This document shows positions 1 through 11,474 of a DNA stretch of 26,239 bases, piece by piece (the stretch's first letter is position 1; the number at the start of each line of letters is the position of its first letter). The position numbers were made by a program, and so were the translations under genes. The DNA comes from Octopus sinensis. Its lineage: Eukaryota. The notes under the pieces were generated by a model, which did no database searches, was not told the origin of the DNA, and saw only the letters and a list, made by a program, of their open reading frames with translations. The DNA lies in NCBI RefSeq assembly GCF_006345805.1, contig NW_021835613.1, forward strand, positions 1 to 26,239, given 5' to 3'.

Positions 1-415
1 GGAAAGAGAGAGAAGAGAAAGGGGGAAAAAGAGAGAAAAGTGAGAAAAGAAAGAAGAAGAGAGAAAGTGAAAGAGAGAGGAGAGGAAAGAGGAGAAAGAA
101 GGAGAGAAAGAAGAAGAAAAACGAAAAGAGAGTGAGAGACAAAGAGAGAAGAGTAAAGATACACGGAGAGAGGAAAAAGAGAAGAGAGTAAAGAGACACG
201 GAGAGAGAAGAGAAAAGAAAGAGAGAGAAAGAGAAAGAAAGAGAGAGATAGAGAAAAGAGAGAAGAAAAAGGGGAAAGAGAGAGAAAGTGAGAAAAGAAA
301 GAGAAGGATAGAAATGAAAGAGAGAGATAGAGAGAGAAAGAAGGAGAGAAAGAGGAAAGAAAACGAGAAAGAGAGTGATAGACAAAGAGAGAAAAGAGAG
401 AGAGAGAGAGAAAAT
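1..415. repeat. Purine-rich (GA/GAAA) low-complexity tract with internal duplications
   Basis: Almost pure A/G; the block agtaaaga(t/g)acacggagagag occurs twice (about 150-170 and 187-207). Confidence 0.9.
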
Positions 416-457
416 GGAATATCTCTATTTCACATGTCCTCACTTTCTTCATTACAG

Positions 458-612
458 ATTAACGAACGTGATTGTTTGGAACGAACTCCTTTAATGTTGG
501 CCTGTTTTGAGGGCGCCGATAGAAGAATCCTCGAGATTTTTATAGAAGCAGGAGTAGAGGTGGGAGCAAAAGACTACAAGAGTTGGACAGCTTTACATTG
601 GGCTGTGAGGAG
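458..612 (+). CDS. Visible exon 1, ankyrin repeats (INERDCLERTPLMLACFEGADRRILEIFIEAGVEVGAKDYKSWTALHWAVR)
   Basis: Acceptor ttacAG ends at 457 and donor GTaagt starts at 613; 155 nt; two ankyrin TPLxxA-type motifs. Confidence 0.92.
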
Positions 613-814
613 GTAAGTTGAGAATCAAGTAAAATCTCCAGATGTGTTTTTGTTTGTAAATTTGTTGCAATTGCAGACACTGGTTCAATATCCAAAGAGG
701 CCATAGTAGTGGCAGTGGGACAGCAGCACAACAGCAAACTAGCAAACAACAACAACAAGCTTCTCTTTAGTCATCGATCCAATTCATTAGTCATTATTCA
801 ATCATAACAATCCC

Positions 815-1180
815 GATGATGATGATGATAACCGCGATGATGATGATGACGATGACGGTATTGATGATGTCGATCATGATGATGGTTTTGTTGATAATGA
901 TGATGAAGAGGATGATGATGATAATGATGATGATGATGGTGATGATGGTGATGATGATGAAGAGGATGATGAAGATGATGATGATAGTGATGATGTCGAT
1001 CATGATGATGGTGTTGTTGATGATGATGATGATGATGATGGAGGCGATAATGGTGATGATGAGGTCGATGATGATGATGATGATGATGGTAGTGATGATG
1101 GTAGTGATGATGTCGATCATGATGATGGTGTTGATGATGATGATGATAATGAAGGCGATGATGGTGATGATGAGGAAGTC

Positions 1181-1220
<40 letters not shown>

Positions 1221-1232
1221 CTGATGATGATG
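815..1232. repeat. Degenerate (GAT)n trinucleotide array with higher-order repeat
   Basis: GAT periodicity is kept throughout; variant block gatgatgtcgatcatgatgatggt recurs at 863, 989 and 1106. Confidence 0.95.
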
Positions 1233-1302
1233 TTTCGTCTGAAAGCCAAAACAATTAGGTGTTTAATGTAAATTAGTCAATGTTTCTATCTTTTACTCTC
1301 AG

Positions 1303-1456
1303 CCGTCGTCTTGAATCCGTGGAAATCTTACTATCTCGGGGCAGCGAGATAAACGGAAAAAACCGATGATGGCAGGACTCCTCTCCATTTGGCTGCAGAC
1401 TCATATCCGAATGGACAGATGGTGTGAAAGAATTAATGAAACACAGCGCTCTTGAG
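1303..1456 (+). CDS. Visible exon 2, ankyrin repeat with compensating +1/-1 frameshifts (SRRLESVEILLSRGSEINGK / TDDGRTPLHLAADSY / EWTDGVKELMKHSALE)
   Basis: Acceptor tactctcAG ends at 1302 and donor GTtagt starts at 1457; 154 nt fits phase 2 to 0. The GRTPLHLAA motif (1371-1397) is in a shifted frame between an A6 run (1357-1362) and about 1406-1410. The unshifted frame has TGA at 1367-1369. Confidence 0.8.
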
Positions 1457-1519
1457 GTTAGTAACTATATATAGTGTGCGTGTGCGTGTGTGTCTGTGTA
1501 CTTATATTATGTATTTATA

Positions 1520-1522
1520 TAT

Positions 1523-1578
<56 letters not shown>

Positions 1579-2028
1579 TATATATACAAATAAAATGTAT
1601 GGATGTATATATAATGTAATTGTAGTGTGCATATGTTAGTGTTTCTCTTCATTCATATTATATTCCGAAATAATCTTAATCTTCTCCGAAAGTTTTTTCT
1701 CGATACTTTCCTAACAATTTATCCACTTTTTGAAAAATTACGAGGAAACAAAAGATACTCTTGTGAATTTTTGCTGAACTCTTCTCCCGAAATTTGGGGC
1801 ACACTTATATAGTTACGTATATATAATCGTATATATAATGTATACATGCCTATAAGATATTATATATATATATATATACATATATATACATTTGTATATA
1901 CACACATATATAACAATATATATATATATACACATACACACACACACATATATGTATATAAACGTATATATGAGTATACATATACATATATACATAGATA
2001 CATACACACAAACACACATATACATATT

Positions 2029-2077
<49 letters not shown>

Positions 2078-2314
2078 TTCCTGAGACCCTTATTTGTTTC
2101 CCCATAACTTGTTGGTTGTTTCCTATTTTATAATGAAAATCATTGATTTTCGATGACGATTATGGTTGAGAAAATGGAAGCATTTGATGAGTTTTAAACC
2201 ATCCAACTCCAGACATAATTGTTGATTAAGACATGGATAAGGATGGATTTTCAGAAAATTTCATTAAGAAATATTTATTTTAAAAAGCTTCAAGAGGAAC
2301 ATACAACCACATTC

Positions 2315-2377
<63 letters not shown>

Positions 2378-2390
2378 ATATATATATATA
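1520..2390. repeat. Cluster of (TA)n and (TA/CA)n microsatellites
   Basis: Arrays at about 1525-1580, 1820-2075 and 2315-2390. Confidence 0.95.
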
Positions 2391-2443
2391 GGCACAGGAG
2401 TGTCTGTGTGGTTAGTAGTAACTGCTTACAAACCACTGGTTCC
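2391..2443 (+). mobile_element. 5' head fragment of an octopod tRNA-type SINE
   Basis: ggcacaggagtgtctgtgtggttagtagtaactgcttacaaaccactggttcc resembles the reverse complement of the heads at about 6830-6876 and 7455-7537. Family identity is from recall. Confidence 0.6.
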
Positions 2444-2829
2444 ATAAATTCGGTTTCTCGATTTTTACTCTCATCGATTGTTTTTTTCTTTTTTTCATGT
2501 AACCCCACTTTGCCTATGGGTTGAGACCCTTCCATCAAGGAAAATAGAACGTCCAAAAGTGCTCCTGATCCTCTGTGTGAGAAGCGGTTATGTTCAGATC
2601 ACAACTAAGTATATATATATGGGCAAAACACACACACACAAACATATACGTACATACACCTATTGTATACATGTTTTTGCACGCCTTTACCCCTGCCACT
2701 GTCCCACCAGTACCTCCTACCCGAGTAATACCATCAATTGAAGCAAATTTGGCACCCGGAAGTAAGTTTTGTAACAGGAATAGAGAAGCCTACCTTCTCC
2801 CGCAGAGATGTGAAAGTCATACCTCTCCT

Positions 2830-3146
2830 GGTCAAACTAAAGCGTTTGACCCGGTCATAAAACAAACAAAAAAAGTGTGTAATAGATGTAAAACAACTTG
2901 TTCTAAACGATTATCAAGAACACACACACACAAAAAGAGAAATGTTTGGTTCAAGGCAAGAGTGCATTGAACTGAATTTAAATAAGCAAAAAAGATATTA
3001 TCAAAGAAAAGGCCATAGGCCTCTCCTCCCACCCTCCTTTCACGAGAGCACATTTTTTTGGTCATATTCGTTTAGAGGAAGTTGTTTTACACATATTACT
3101 ATTTTTTTGTTTGTTTTTACGAACGGGTGAAACGCTTAGGTTGACC
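2830..3146. mobile_element. MITE, 317 bp, about 85-bp TIRs starting GGTCAA, 8-bp TSD CCTCTCCT (Merlin-like geometry)
   Basis: 2830-2915 is an imperfect reverse complement of 3062-3146. CCTCTCCT flanks both ends (2822-2829 and 3147-3154). Confidence 0.85.
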
Positions 3147-3865
3147 CCTCTCCTTTCGAAAACATGAACAGTTTCGAAACATTGTTTACAAAATAATAGC
3201 TGATCGTTTGCTAAGAAGCTTGTCTACTGTCAACACGTAGGTTTTTTTGCTCTGGTAAGCTCTGCTCTCTCCCATGTTCACGCACGACCAGCTATATATC
3301 GCTATGATTAGAACAACGGATTCAGCTAATTTGGAAATTAGTTGTGGAGAAACGGAGAATATCGTTTATGTTGCCCGTATATATATACGCGCAACACACA
3401 CACACAAACATTGCATATATGTGTCTTTTACGCATACATGCTCGCGTGTGTGTATGCGTGACTGAAGCCATTCACACATACACAACAACATAAACACCAC
3501 CTGTCTGTCTGTTATTGCAGTAAAAAGACGAAATTATAAAAATCTCTTTCTCTCTATCTCTCTCTCTCTCCCTCTCTTTACACCGTCGCTAGGAGGAGAC
3601 TTAACTCATGTTTGCTTTGTAAACAATGGTAGCTTTCGCCATCTTAAAAATTTAGAAGTTATGGCTCAAAATTATTTACCGCTATTCAGGTTGTCTCGGG
3701 GGGAAATAATTTGACGAAAATACAGCTAGGATCGTGACGAATGTCCTTCTAAAATTTGAGCGACATGCGTGTTAATTTGTGGATGTGCATAAATTACAAA
3801 AACCTACACACGCACACACACACACACAATTTTCTTTATATATATATACATATATATACATATAT

Positions 3866-4446
3866 ATATTAAAATTAATATTAATTTATCTCCCTCATTA
3901 TTTAAATATTGAAATAAATACGTTCTCTAGTAGCAAGCACTAACCGCAGTGAATTATTTACTGCAGCCCTTCGCTTCAGGAATTTCTTAGCGCGCCGGAA
4001 CCAAGACATTTGAAATTTTATCCCTAATGTAATCGGTAAAACTAAGCACGTGTCTGTCTTGGCATAGAAAGCTGGGGTTAGTTTTTCAGACTGCATTTAT
4101 GCTGAACGAATGCACTGATGAAGCCACGGACATTTGAATCATGTAAGTAATTCTTTTGTTAAAGGCCGAAACCGAGGTATGCATTTAATTCTGTTTTTTA
4201 TATAAATTTTTCATCTGTCCTGCCCGCCAAAATTGGTTCTGGTGTTCGCTGAATTTTTCCTCTAGAGAATTTCCTTGTAGTTTGATCGTTTGATGATCTA
4301 TTTCGCATTTGGCCAACTACCTGCAGTCTGGCCCTGCCAATATACACATATAATAGAATTTCTCTGACTTCTCAGATTTTTTGTATGCTGGACTACTGGT
4401 TTTAAATTGATATTAAAATTAATATTAATTTATCTCCCTCATTATT
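3866..4446 (+). mobile_element. Hammerhead element E1 (Penelope pLTR/retrozyme-like): 544-nt unit plus 37-nt terminal direct repeat, embedded in (TA)n
   Basis: An identical 37-mer, atattaaaattaatattaatttatctccctcattatt, lies at 3866-3902 and 4410-4446. There is an internal HHR motif, and TA arrays flank both sides. Confidence 0.8.
4108..4186 (+). ncRNA. Type I hammerhead ribozyme motif (near-canonical; A10.1-C11.1 mismatch)
   Basis: Stem I aatgca(4109-14)/tgcatt(4180-85); CTGATGA 4115-21; stem II GCC/GGC; GAAA 4168-71; stem III ACC-ga-GGT; predicted cleavage GUA after 4179. Confidence 0.75.
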
Positions 4447-4451
4447 ATATA

Positions 4452-4507
<56 letters not shown>

Positions 4508-4554
4508 TATATATATATACATATGTGTGGGTATGTGTGTGTGTGTTTACGTGC

Positions 4555-4746
4555 GTGTGTTTGTGTGCCTGTGTTTATCCCCAACATCGCTTGACAACCG
4601 ATGTTTACGTCCCGTAACCTAGCGGTTCTGCAAACCGATAAAATAAGTACTAGGCTCCCTGGGGTCGATTTGCTCGACTAACGACAGTGCTCCAGCATGG
4701 CCACAGTCACATGACTGAAACAAATGAAAGAATAAAAGAATAAAGT
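4555..4746 (+). mobile_element. 3' half of octopod SINE
   Basis: caacatcgcttgacaaccgatg...ctggggtcgatttgctcgactaa...gctccagcatggccacagtc...gaaagaataaaagaataaag; the homologous segment is reverse-complemented at about 6535-6665. Confidence 0.7.
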
Positions 4747-5067
4747 TAACTATGAACACACACACATATATACACACACAAACATTTTGCTGCTCTATGT
4801 GTTTATTTATTGAGCTATTTATCCTATATGCGTGTGTTTGTGTGTGTGTGTATAAATATATTTATATGTATATATGTATGTGCGTATACGCGTGTGTGTA
4901 TATAAAATAGAAATCTCCATTAATTACTCCCCACCACAATCATTCCACCTGTTTGATTAATTTCATTCCTTCTCTTCTCTTTTTCTGTGAGTTTTTCTTT
5001 TAATTTTTCACCACCCGACTCCCTTTTCAGACACCATTTTTTATGTTTTTATTCTTTTCTTTATCAG

Positions 5068-5222
5068 TTGAATCCTCGAAATGAATATGGTCAAACACCG
5101 CTGCACTTGGCTTGTTTGTGGGGACACTTACACACACTCGACCTGTTGTTGGGTCACAATGGCATTGATGCCAATGTGGTGGACAACGATGGAGACACAC
5201 CACTGCATTGGGCAGTTCAGGA
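5068..5222 (+). CDS. Visible exon 3, ankyrin repeats ([51 protein letters not shown])
   Basis: Long polypyrimidine tract with tcAG ending at 5067; donor GTaagt at 5223; 155 nt; clear ankyrin consensus. Confidence 0.95.
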
Positions 5223-5794
5223 GTAAGTCCCCATTGGATCTGGAATATCCAAATCTGTTTCTTTTATGTTTTCAATAATGTTTGTTTCTTTTTCATTCAG
5301 TCATTCATGTCATAATCCCACCATGGGGTCATTGTCTTTCTTCTCTCTTTCGCACTGAAATAACACTGTAATCTGCTTCATTAATTAATCATCACCACAA
5401 TTGTTATTGTTGTTGCCTGACTGGACACTTAACTTCATCTCGTTCTCCATTTCCTCAACGTCACAGGTTCAAATCCTCTCTTTTCTTCTTTTCATCCCAT
5501 CTAGAACTATTTTCTCTCTCTCTCTCTCTTTCTTCCTCACTCTCTCTCCTTTGTAGTCTCTCTATTTACTCCGACCCTGGGCTAAATACAGAATCATCCC
5601 CTTATAGTATTTACATTTGTCTCTTTTATGTTCCATGTTCAAATCCTACCAGAATATCTACTATCACTCTGGGGTCAATATAATCTGTACCAGTAATACC
5701 CAGGGGTTCCTTTAATAAGCTGTCTTCCTTCTTTCCTCCTGTTCTTGTTTCTTATTACTTTTAGAGAAAATAAATAGTGTTATTTTATTTACGA

Positions 5795-5900
5795 CTCTTT
5801 ACGTTCAGAGTTCAAATCCTGCCAAGGTCAACTTCTTCCATCTTTGCAAGGCTGATAAAATACAATACCAGTCATGTACTGGGGTTCATATGATTACCTG
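5795..5900 (+). mobile_element. Decayed SINE fragment
   Basis: tttacgttcagagttcaaatcctgccaaggtcaact...taccagtcatgtactgggg, with a B-box-like GTTCAAATCC; a similar decayed piece lies at about 5635-5705. Confidence 0.5.
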
Positions 5901-6195
5901 TAGCCCTTCTTTCCTTCCTAAATTTCATGTTTATATAAGCTGTAAGAATTCTTAGCAGTATTTTCCTGTCTTTACATTTCTGGGTTTACTCAGGTGTGTA
6001 TATATCATTGTCCTACTGTGTAGAGTGTGTATTGAATAAATATATGTGTGTGTGAGTATGTGTGTAATAATTTCTGTAATTAAGTTATTGTGACCTAATT
6101 ACATTTGTTTTCTTTAATGACCTAATAACTATTATCTCAAGCTGTGTGATGTTTGTTTATTTTCATGTTTTTCTTTCCTCATCCATTACTTTCAG

Positions 6196-6232
6196 CGCAA
6201 AGTATAGTGCGGTGTGTCTATTGCTGAACCAG
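6196..6232 (+). CDS. Visible exon 4, 37-nt microexon (DAKYSAVCLLLNQ)
   Basis: Acceptor ttcAG ends at 6195 and donor GTtagt starts at 6233. Phase 2 to 0 bridges exons 3 and 5 and supplies the second helix of the ankyrin repeat. Confidence 0.8.
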
Positions 6233-6534
6233 GTTAGTTAATAAATATATATTATATACACTCTCCAGTATTATATTGATCTGTATAATATAAATATTAT
6301 CAAGGTACCAGTGAAATAATGGGGATAGATTTAATCACATGTACTAAAAAAACCTTGTGTTTGTGGAGGAATTGTATATTGATCATGTTGATGCTGATAT
6401 TAGCGGTGTGGACAGTCCAACTGACCACCACCACTGATAATAATACCTTTAATGGTCAAATGAAACAAGGTCATTATGAGATGAACCAAAATATAATAGA
6501 TATCATGTATATATATATCTATATATATATATAA

Positions 6535-6876
6535 ATGAATTGTTTTAGACATTTGCCTGCGGCCATGCTGAGGCATCATCGAATTTTTAGTCAAATGTAT
6601 CGATCCCAGTACTTTTTTATTTTAAGCATATCACTTACACTCTCAGCCTCTTTGCTGAACCACTACACACACACATACAAAAACACTCACTCACACACAC
6701 ACACATAGACACACACCTGTTATGAAGCTTCTTTCAGTTTTCATTTACCAAATCCACAAACAAGATTTTGTTCAGCCCTAGGTAAGATTAGAATATACTT
6801 GCCTGAGTTTCCATGCAGAGGGATTCAACGTAGAACCGTGTATGGTTGGAAAAAAAGCTCCTTACACTACAACCAT
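6535..6876 (-). mobile_element. Near full-length octopod SINE, minus strand, with internal (CA)n
   Basis: Reverse complement has the head seen at 2391 and the tail seen at 4555-4746. Confidence 0.7.
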
Positions 6877-6967
6877 GTATATATGGATGTGTGTGTCTAT
6901 CTATTTCTTTCTATGTATCTATCAATCTATCTATCTATCTATCTATGTATCTATCTATCAATATAAC

Positions 6968-7024
<57 letters not shown>

Positions 7025-7035
7025 CATACATACAT

Positions 7036-7125
<90 letters not shown>

Positions 7126-7130
7126 TATAT

Positions 7131-7178
<48 letters not shown>

Positions 7179-7185
7179 CATACAG
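6877..7185. repeat. (TATC)n and long (TA)n microsatellites
   Basis: Direct reading. Confidence 0.95.
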
Positions 7186-7204
7186 ATCATCATATTTGCT
7201 TGGC

Positions 7205-7537
7205 TCAGATAGATTTTATTGAGGCAGATTTTCCGCAGCTGGATACTCTCCCTATCGCCAACCTTCTCTTTTTCTTTTCAAGAACTGGACATGTTCCCGC
7301 AGAATGTTGGAAATAAGGGACCCTGCTTATATGACAGTGGCACTCATTACAACTATCACATAGATGTCAAGACAGAAAGACGCACACACAGAGACACACA
7401 CACACAACACATACATTCATACATATTAGCACACAAAAAGCTATAATAAAAATGCTTATCCAAGGATTACATGCAATGAAGTTGACCCCAGAACCATTTT
7501 GTTGGGAAGCAAAGGTCTTGCCACACAGTTATGCCAG
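7205..7537 (-). mobile_element. Composite repeat: RTE 3'-UTR-like motif (7225-7263) and SINE head (7455-7537)
   Basis: ttttccgcagctggatactctccctatcgccaacc resembles 8375-8412 and 12535-12570; 7455-7537 resembles the SINE head at 6790-6876. Confidence 0.5.
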
Positions 7538-7544
7538 TATATCC

Positions 7545-8019
<475 letters not shown>

Positions 8020-8123
8020 TGGAGATGCATGGATTTATGGTAGATCGTATGTGATCTTCTTCTAGCATATGGCTGTCCGCATAGTGGTTTTTAGCCCTAA
8101 ATATACACATGTATATATATATA

Positions 8124-8186
<63 letters not shown>

Positions 8187-8253
8187 TAACCAATGATAGT
8201 TTTTGATTGTGATTTTCATATTTGTGTATGTCTATGTCTCTATTTGTGCGTTA

Positions 8254-10103
8254 TCACCATCATCATCATCATTATCATCATTTAACATCCACTCTCCATA
8301 CTGGCATGTGTCGGATAGTTTGACAGGAGCTTATGAGTCGGTGAGCTGCCCCACGTTCCTGTCTGATTTGGCATGGTTTCTACAGCTCGATGTCCTTTCT
8401 AATGCCAACCACCCCAGGTGTGTAATTGGTGCTTTCACATGCCACTGGCACAGGTACCACTTGCATGACACCGACAATGGCCACGACTACGATTCACGGA
8501 TAGTTGCTATTTAAATGGCACCACCAATGACGATAATTCCCAGGTGCCAATTTTCATGGCACCATCGATGGCCACAACTACGATACCCAGGTGTCATTGA
8601 AATGGCACCGGAAGCGAACGGCCACGGCTTTGATGCACGGCTGCCACTTATAGGACACTGGCACGACCACATCCTTATCGTCACTTGGCCTGACATGTCC
8701 TCTCCCGCAGAGAATATCACCAAGGCTCTCGGTCACTTGTCATCTCCTCCATGATGGCCATCGGTTGGAGATTATTCTTCATCAACTCATCGCAAGTCTT
8801 CTTGGGTCTCCGTCTTCCAAAGGATCCTTCCACAGTTAGAGATCGGCACTTTTTACACAGCTGTCCATGTCCATGCACATCGCAAGACCATACCAACGCA
8901 GACGTCTCTCTTGCACACCACATTTGATTACTCCAATGCTCAGCTTTTCTCTCAAGACCCCCATACTCTGTCGTACATGCACACTGACATTGTACATCCA
9001 GCGAGGCATTCTGGCTTCATTTCTTTCAAGCCTATGGAAGTCCTCAGAGAGGTCACATCCCATGTTTCACTGACATGTTTACACACAGGCATCATAACGT
9101 CTGCCTTTCAATCTCAGGGAGACGCTCTTTGTTACCATTAGAGTTAAGATTACTCTGAACTTTGCACATCTTATTCTTATTATTGCAGCTACACTCACGG
9201 AACAACCAACCACACTACTGACTTGGCCACCTAGATAGTGGAAACTATCAACTCCCAGTAGCTTACCTACCTGGCAATTGATGGGCTATATTTACTGTAC
9301 ATTTGTGCTGTTTATTGTACCTGTGCACCTTCAACACAAATAAATATTATCCCTGTTAACCTTCCTCTGATATTGCTGCAACACTTATGTGTTGCCCCCT
9401 TACACTGGGCACATCTTATGAAGTTCCTACCTACGCTTTTTCTACGAACAGTGCCATCTTCCTAAGGGGATTTGTGATTTGTCCGCTTTCCTACTTACTA
9501 AGACTGTTTTTTGTTAGATTAAGTTTAAGGCCCTTTGATTCAAGTCCTTACTGAACGTTACCTAGTTCTGAAAGTTATTCGGCTATGATAACAAGGTCAT
9601 CAGCATTGGGGATCTCCTAGAAGCAGTTCATCTTGAATCCCTCTGTTGTTGCCTGGAGGACTCTGATAAACAGGAAGCAGCTGAGGACTAATCCATGGTG
9701 AACCCCTACTTGTACCCTAATTGATTGCTACACACAATGCCAAACCTCACCTTACTGACAGCATCCCTGTACATGGTTTGTAGCGCTCTCATCAACCATT
9801 CGTCCATCCCTAGTTTTTGCAGTGACCAGCAAATAAGGGATTGAGGGATCCTGTCAAAGCCTTTCTCCATGTTTAACAAATGCCAAGTACAAGGGTTTAT
9901 TTTTGGCTTTGTACTTCTCCTGCAGCTGCCTTACCAGGAAAATAGCAGAGGTGTTTCGCTGTGGCACAAAACAAAATTGCATCTCTTCTAGTCTAACACC
10001 CGTCCTAATTATTTGGTCTGTGACCCTCTCTGTAATTTTCATTGCTTCATCTAATAGTGTGATACCTCTGTAATTCTTTCCGTGAAAGGCATCATCCACC
10101 CTG
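8254..10103 (-). mobile_element. Decayed RTE-clade LINE (RT domain, C-terminus, 3' UTR, (GAT)n tail)
   Basis: Minus-strand translation gives NYRGITLL..MQFCFVP..AIFLVRQLQEKY..PLYLAF (RT start), a degenerate ADD motif near 9595-9606, and RRLRWYG..VEGSFGRRRPKKT. The tail tcatcatcatt lies at 8254-8281. Many stops and frameshifts. Confidence 0.9.
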
Positions 10104-10116
10104 TATGTGTGTGTGT

Positions 10117-10163
<47 letters not shown>

Positions 10164-10190
10164 TGTGAGTGTGTGTGCGTGTGTGTGTAT
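10104..10190. repeat. (TG)n microsatellite at the truncated 5' end of the LINE
   Basis: Direct reading. Confidence 0.95.
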
Positions 10191-10650
10191 TTGTAGATAT
10201 TTGGAATTTGTGTATACATTTAGAAGTATGCCGCTTAAAGATCTTTCGCTGATTCGGTTACCTCATGTCATCCACAGTTGAGCTATAAGTGACACTGGAT
10301 CTACCTCATGTATTCTGAAGTGTTCGTTCAGTTTATAATGAATGAGGGAAGCAGAAAATGGAGTTAACGAGAATTTTTATTCATCGCAACGATTATTTCA
10401 ATCCATCTTGCAGCGGGCCCTTGCAGGTAGGATATTGTATAACTGGTTGTGGTACATCCTCCGGTGCAGATGCATATAATCGGGTGTCTTCTTTTAAAGA
10501 AGATACCTCTGTAAATATATTCGGTTTCGCTTGGAATGTTGTTGTCGCCAGGAGGCTGTTGTCTCTCATGTTGTAATCCAAGAAGCTCCTAGCAACAACA
10601 TGTCAAGTGAAACTGAATATATTTAGTGAGGTATCTTTACATTAAAACAA

Positions 10651-10735
10651 GACACCCGATGAGATGCAACACAACATGTATAGTAGCCCACCCGCAAGCG
10701 ACCGATGCAAGATGGGTCGAAACGGTCGTTGTGAT
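10651..10735 (+). ncRNA. Degenerate hammerhead-like motif
   Basis: cac-CCGATGA(10656-62)-GAT..56 nt..GTC-GAAA(10719-22)-CGgtCG-T-T-gtg. Stem III is identical to E3, but U4 is C and stems I and II are only about 3 bp. Confidence 0.35.
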
Positions 10736-11202
10736 GCATATTCTCGTGAAATCCGTTTCCCCAATTCATTATATGTATTTATATATGTAACACTGATGTT
10801 TATGTGTGTGTGCATGCGTGCACATTAGTTTTATGCATGTGGACGCTAACCGGCTCAGCAGTTTTATGAACCCCTTATTAATGTAGCAACGTCAAAAGTA
10901 AACATTAGAAATTATAATTCTTCTTTACTTGACTTCATCTGCTAATCATGTGTTTACTCTAGTTCTGTTGCCCTACAACTTACTATAGTGAGGGGCAAAT
11001 TTAGGACATCTTAATATGTTTATCATGTCTCTAACACACATGTATCAGGTAATAGAAGGTCCTTATGGAAGATTTATTTCACTGACAAACATCAAATGTA
11101 TTTGATCAGTTTGATCTAGTACCCAGTAGAAAACTGTAATGACATTGATATCAACCCTGATTTTCATGTAAATTTTCATTTTCTGTTTTTACCTCCACAA
11201 AG

Positions 11203-11412
11203 GATTCAGTGAATTTAGAAATTGTGAACAAAAAATATAGGACACCATTACTTGAAGCTGTCTCGGACGGTCACCTCGGAATAATGCAGCGGCTGATAGC
11301 CAGAGGTACGAATGTAAAGGCTGTCGACAATGAAGGCAATAATTGCCTGCACCTGGCTTTAAACAAAGATACATTCGGTTCGGAGGTAGAGACAATTGGC
11401 ATTTTAGATAAG
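11203..11412 (+). CDS. Visible exon 5, ankyrin repeats (DSVNLEIVNKKYRTPLLEAVSDGHLGIMQRLIARGTNVKAVDNEGNNCLHLALNKDTFGSEVETIGILDK)
   Basis: Polypyrimidine tract with aAG ending at 11202; donor GTaagt at 11413; 210 nt; two ankyrin repeats. Confidence 0.92.
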
Positions 11413-11435
11413 GTAAGTTTTCACATTGTTTGTGA

Positions 11436-11474
<39 letters not shown>

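Noticed and set aside
314-457. N-terminal KERDRE-rich extension of ORF 314-616
   Set aside because: It is translated GA low-complexity intron sequence upstream of a good acceptor at 456-457.
791-1271. Poly-Met, poly-Ile and stop-free poly-Asp frames (about 150 aa)
   Set aside because: These are automatic products of a GAT array; the nearest acceptor (789-790) is in the wrong phase to join exon 1.
1367-1369. Rescue of the exon 2 TGA by A-to-I editing (UGA to UGG) or readthrough
   Set aside because: The exon length would be in frame, but that frame reads WQDSSPFGCRLI and loses the GRTPLHLAA ankyrin motif; compensating indels explain it better.
2590-2970. 126-aa ORF
   Set aside because: It runs through a microsatellite and the MITE TIR; no recognisable domain.
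10358-10581. Overlapping short ORFs as a GIY-YIG or other PLE protein remnant
   Set aside because: No GIY/YIG or RT motif is recognisable in either frame.
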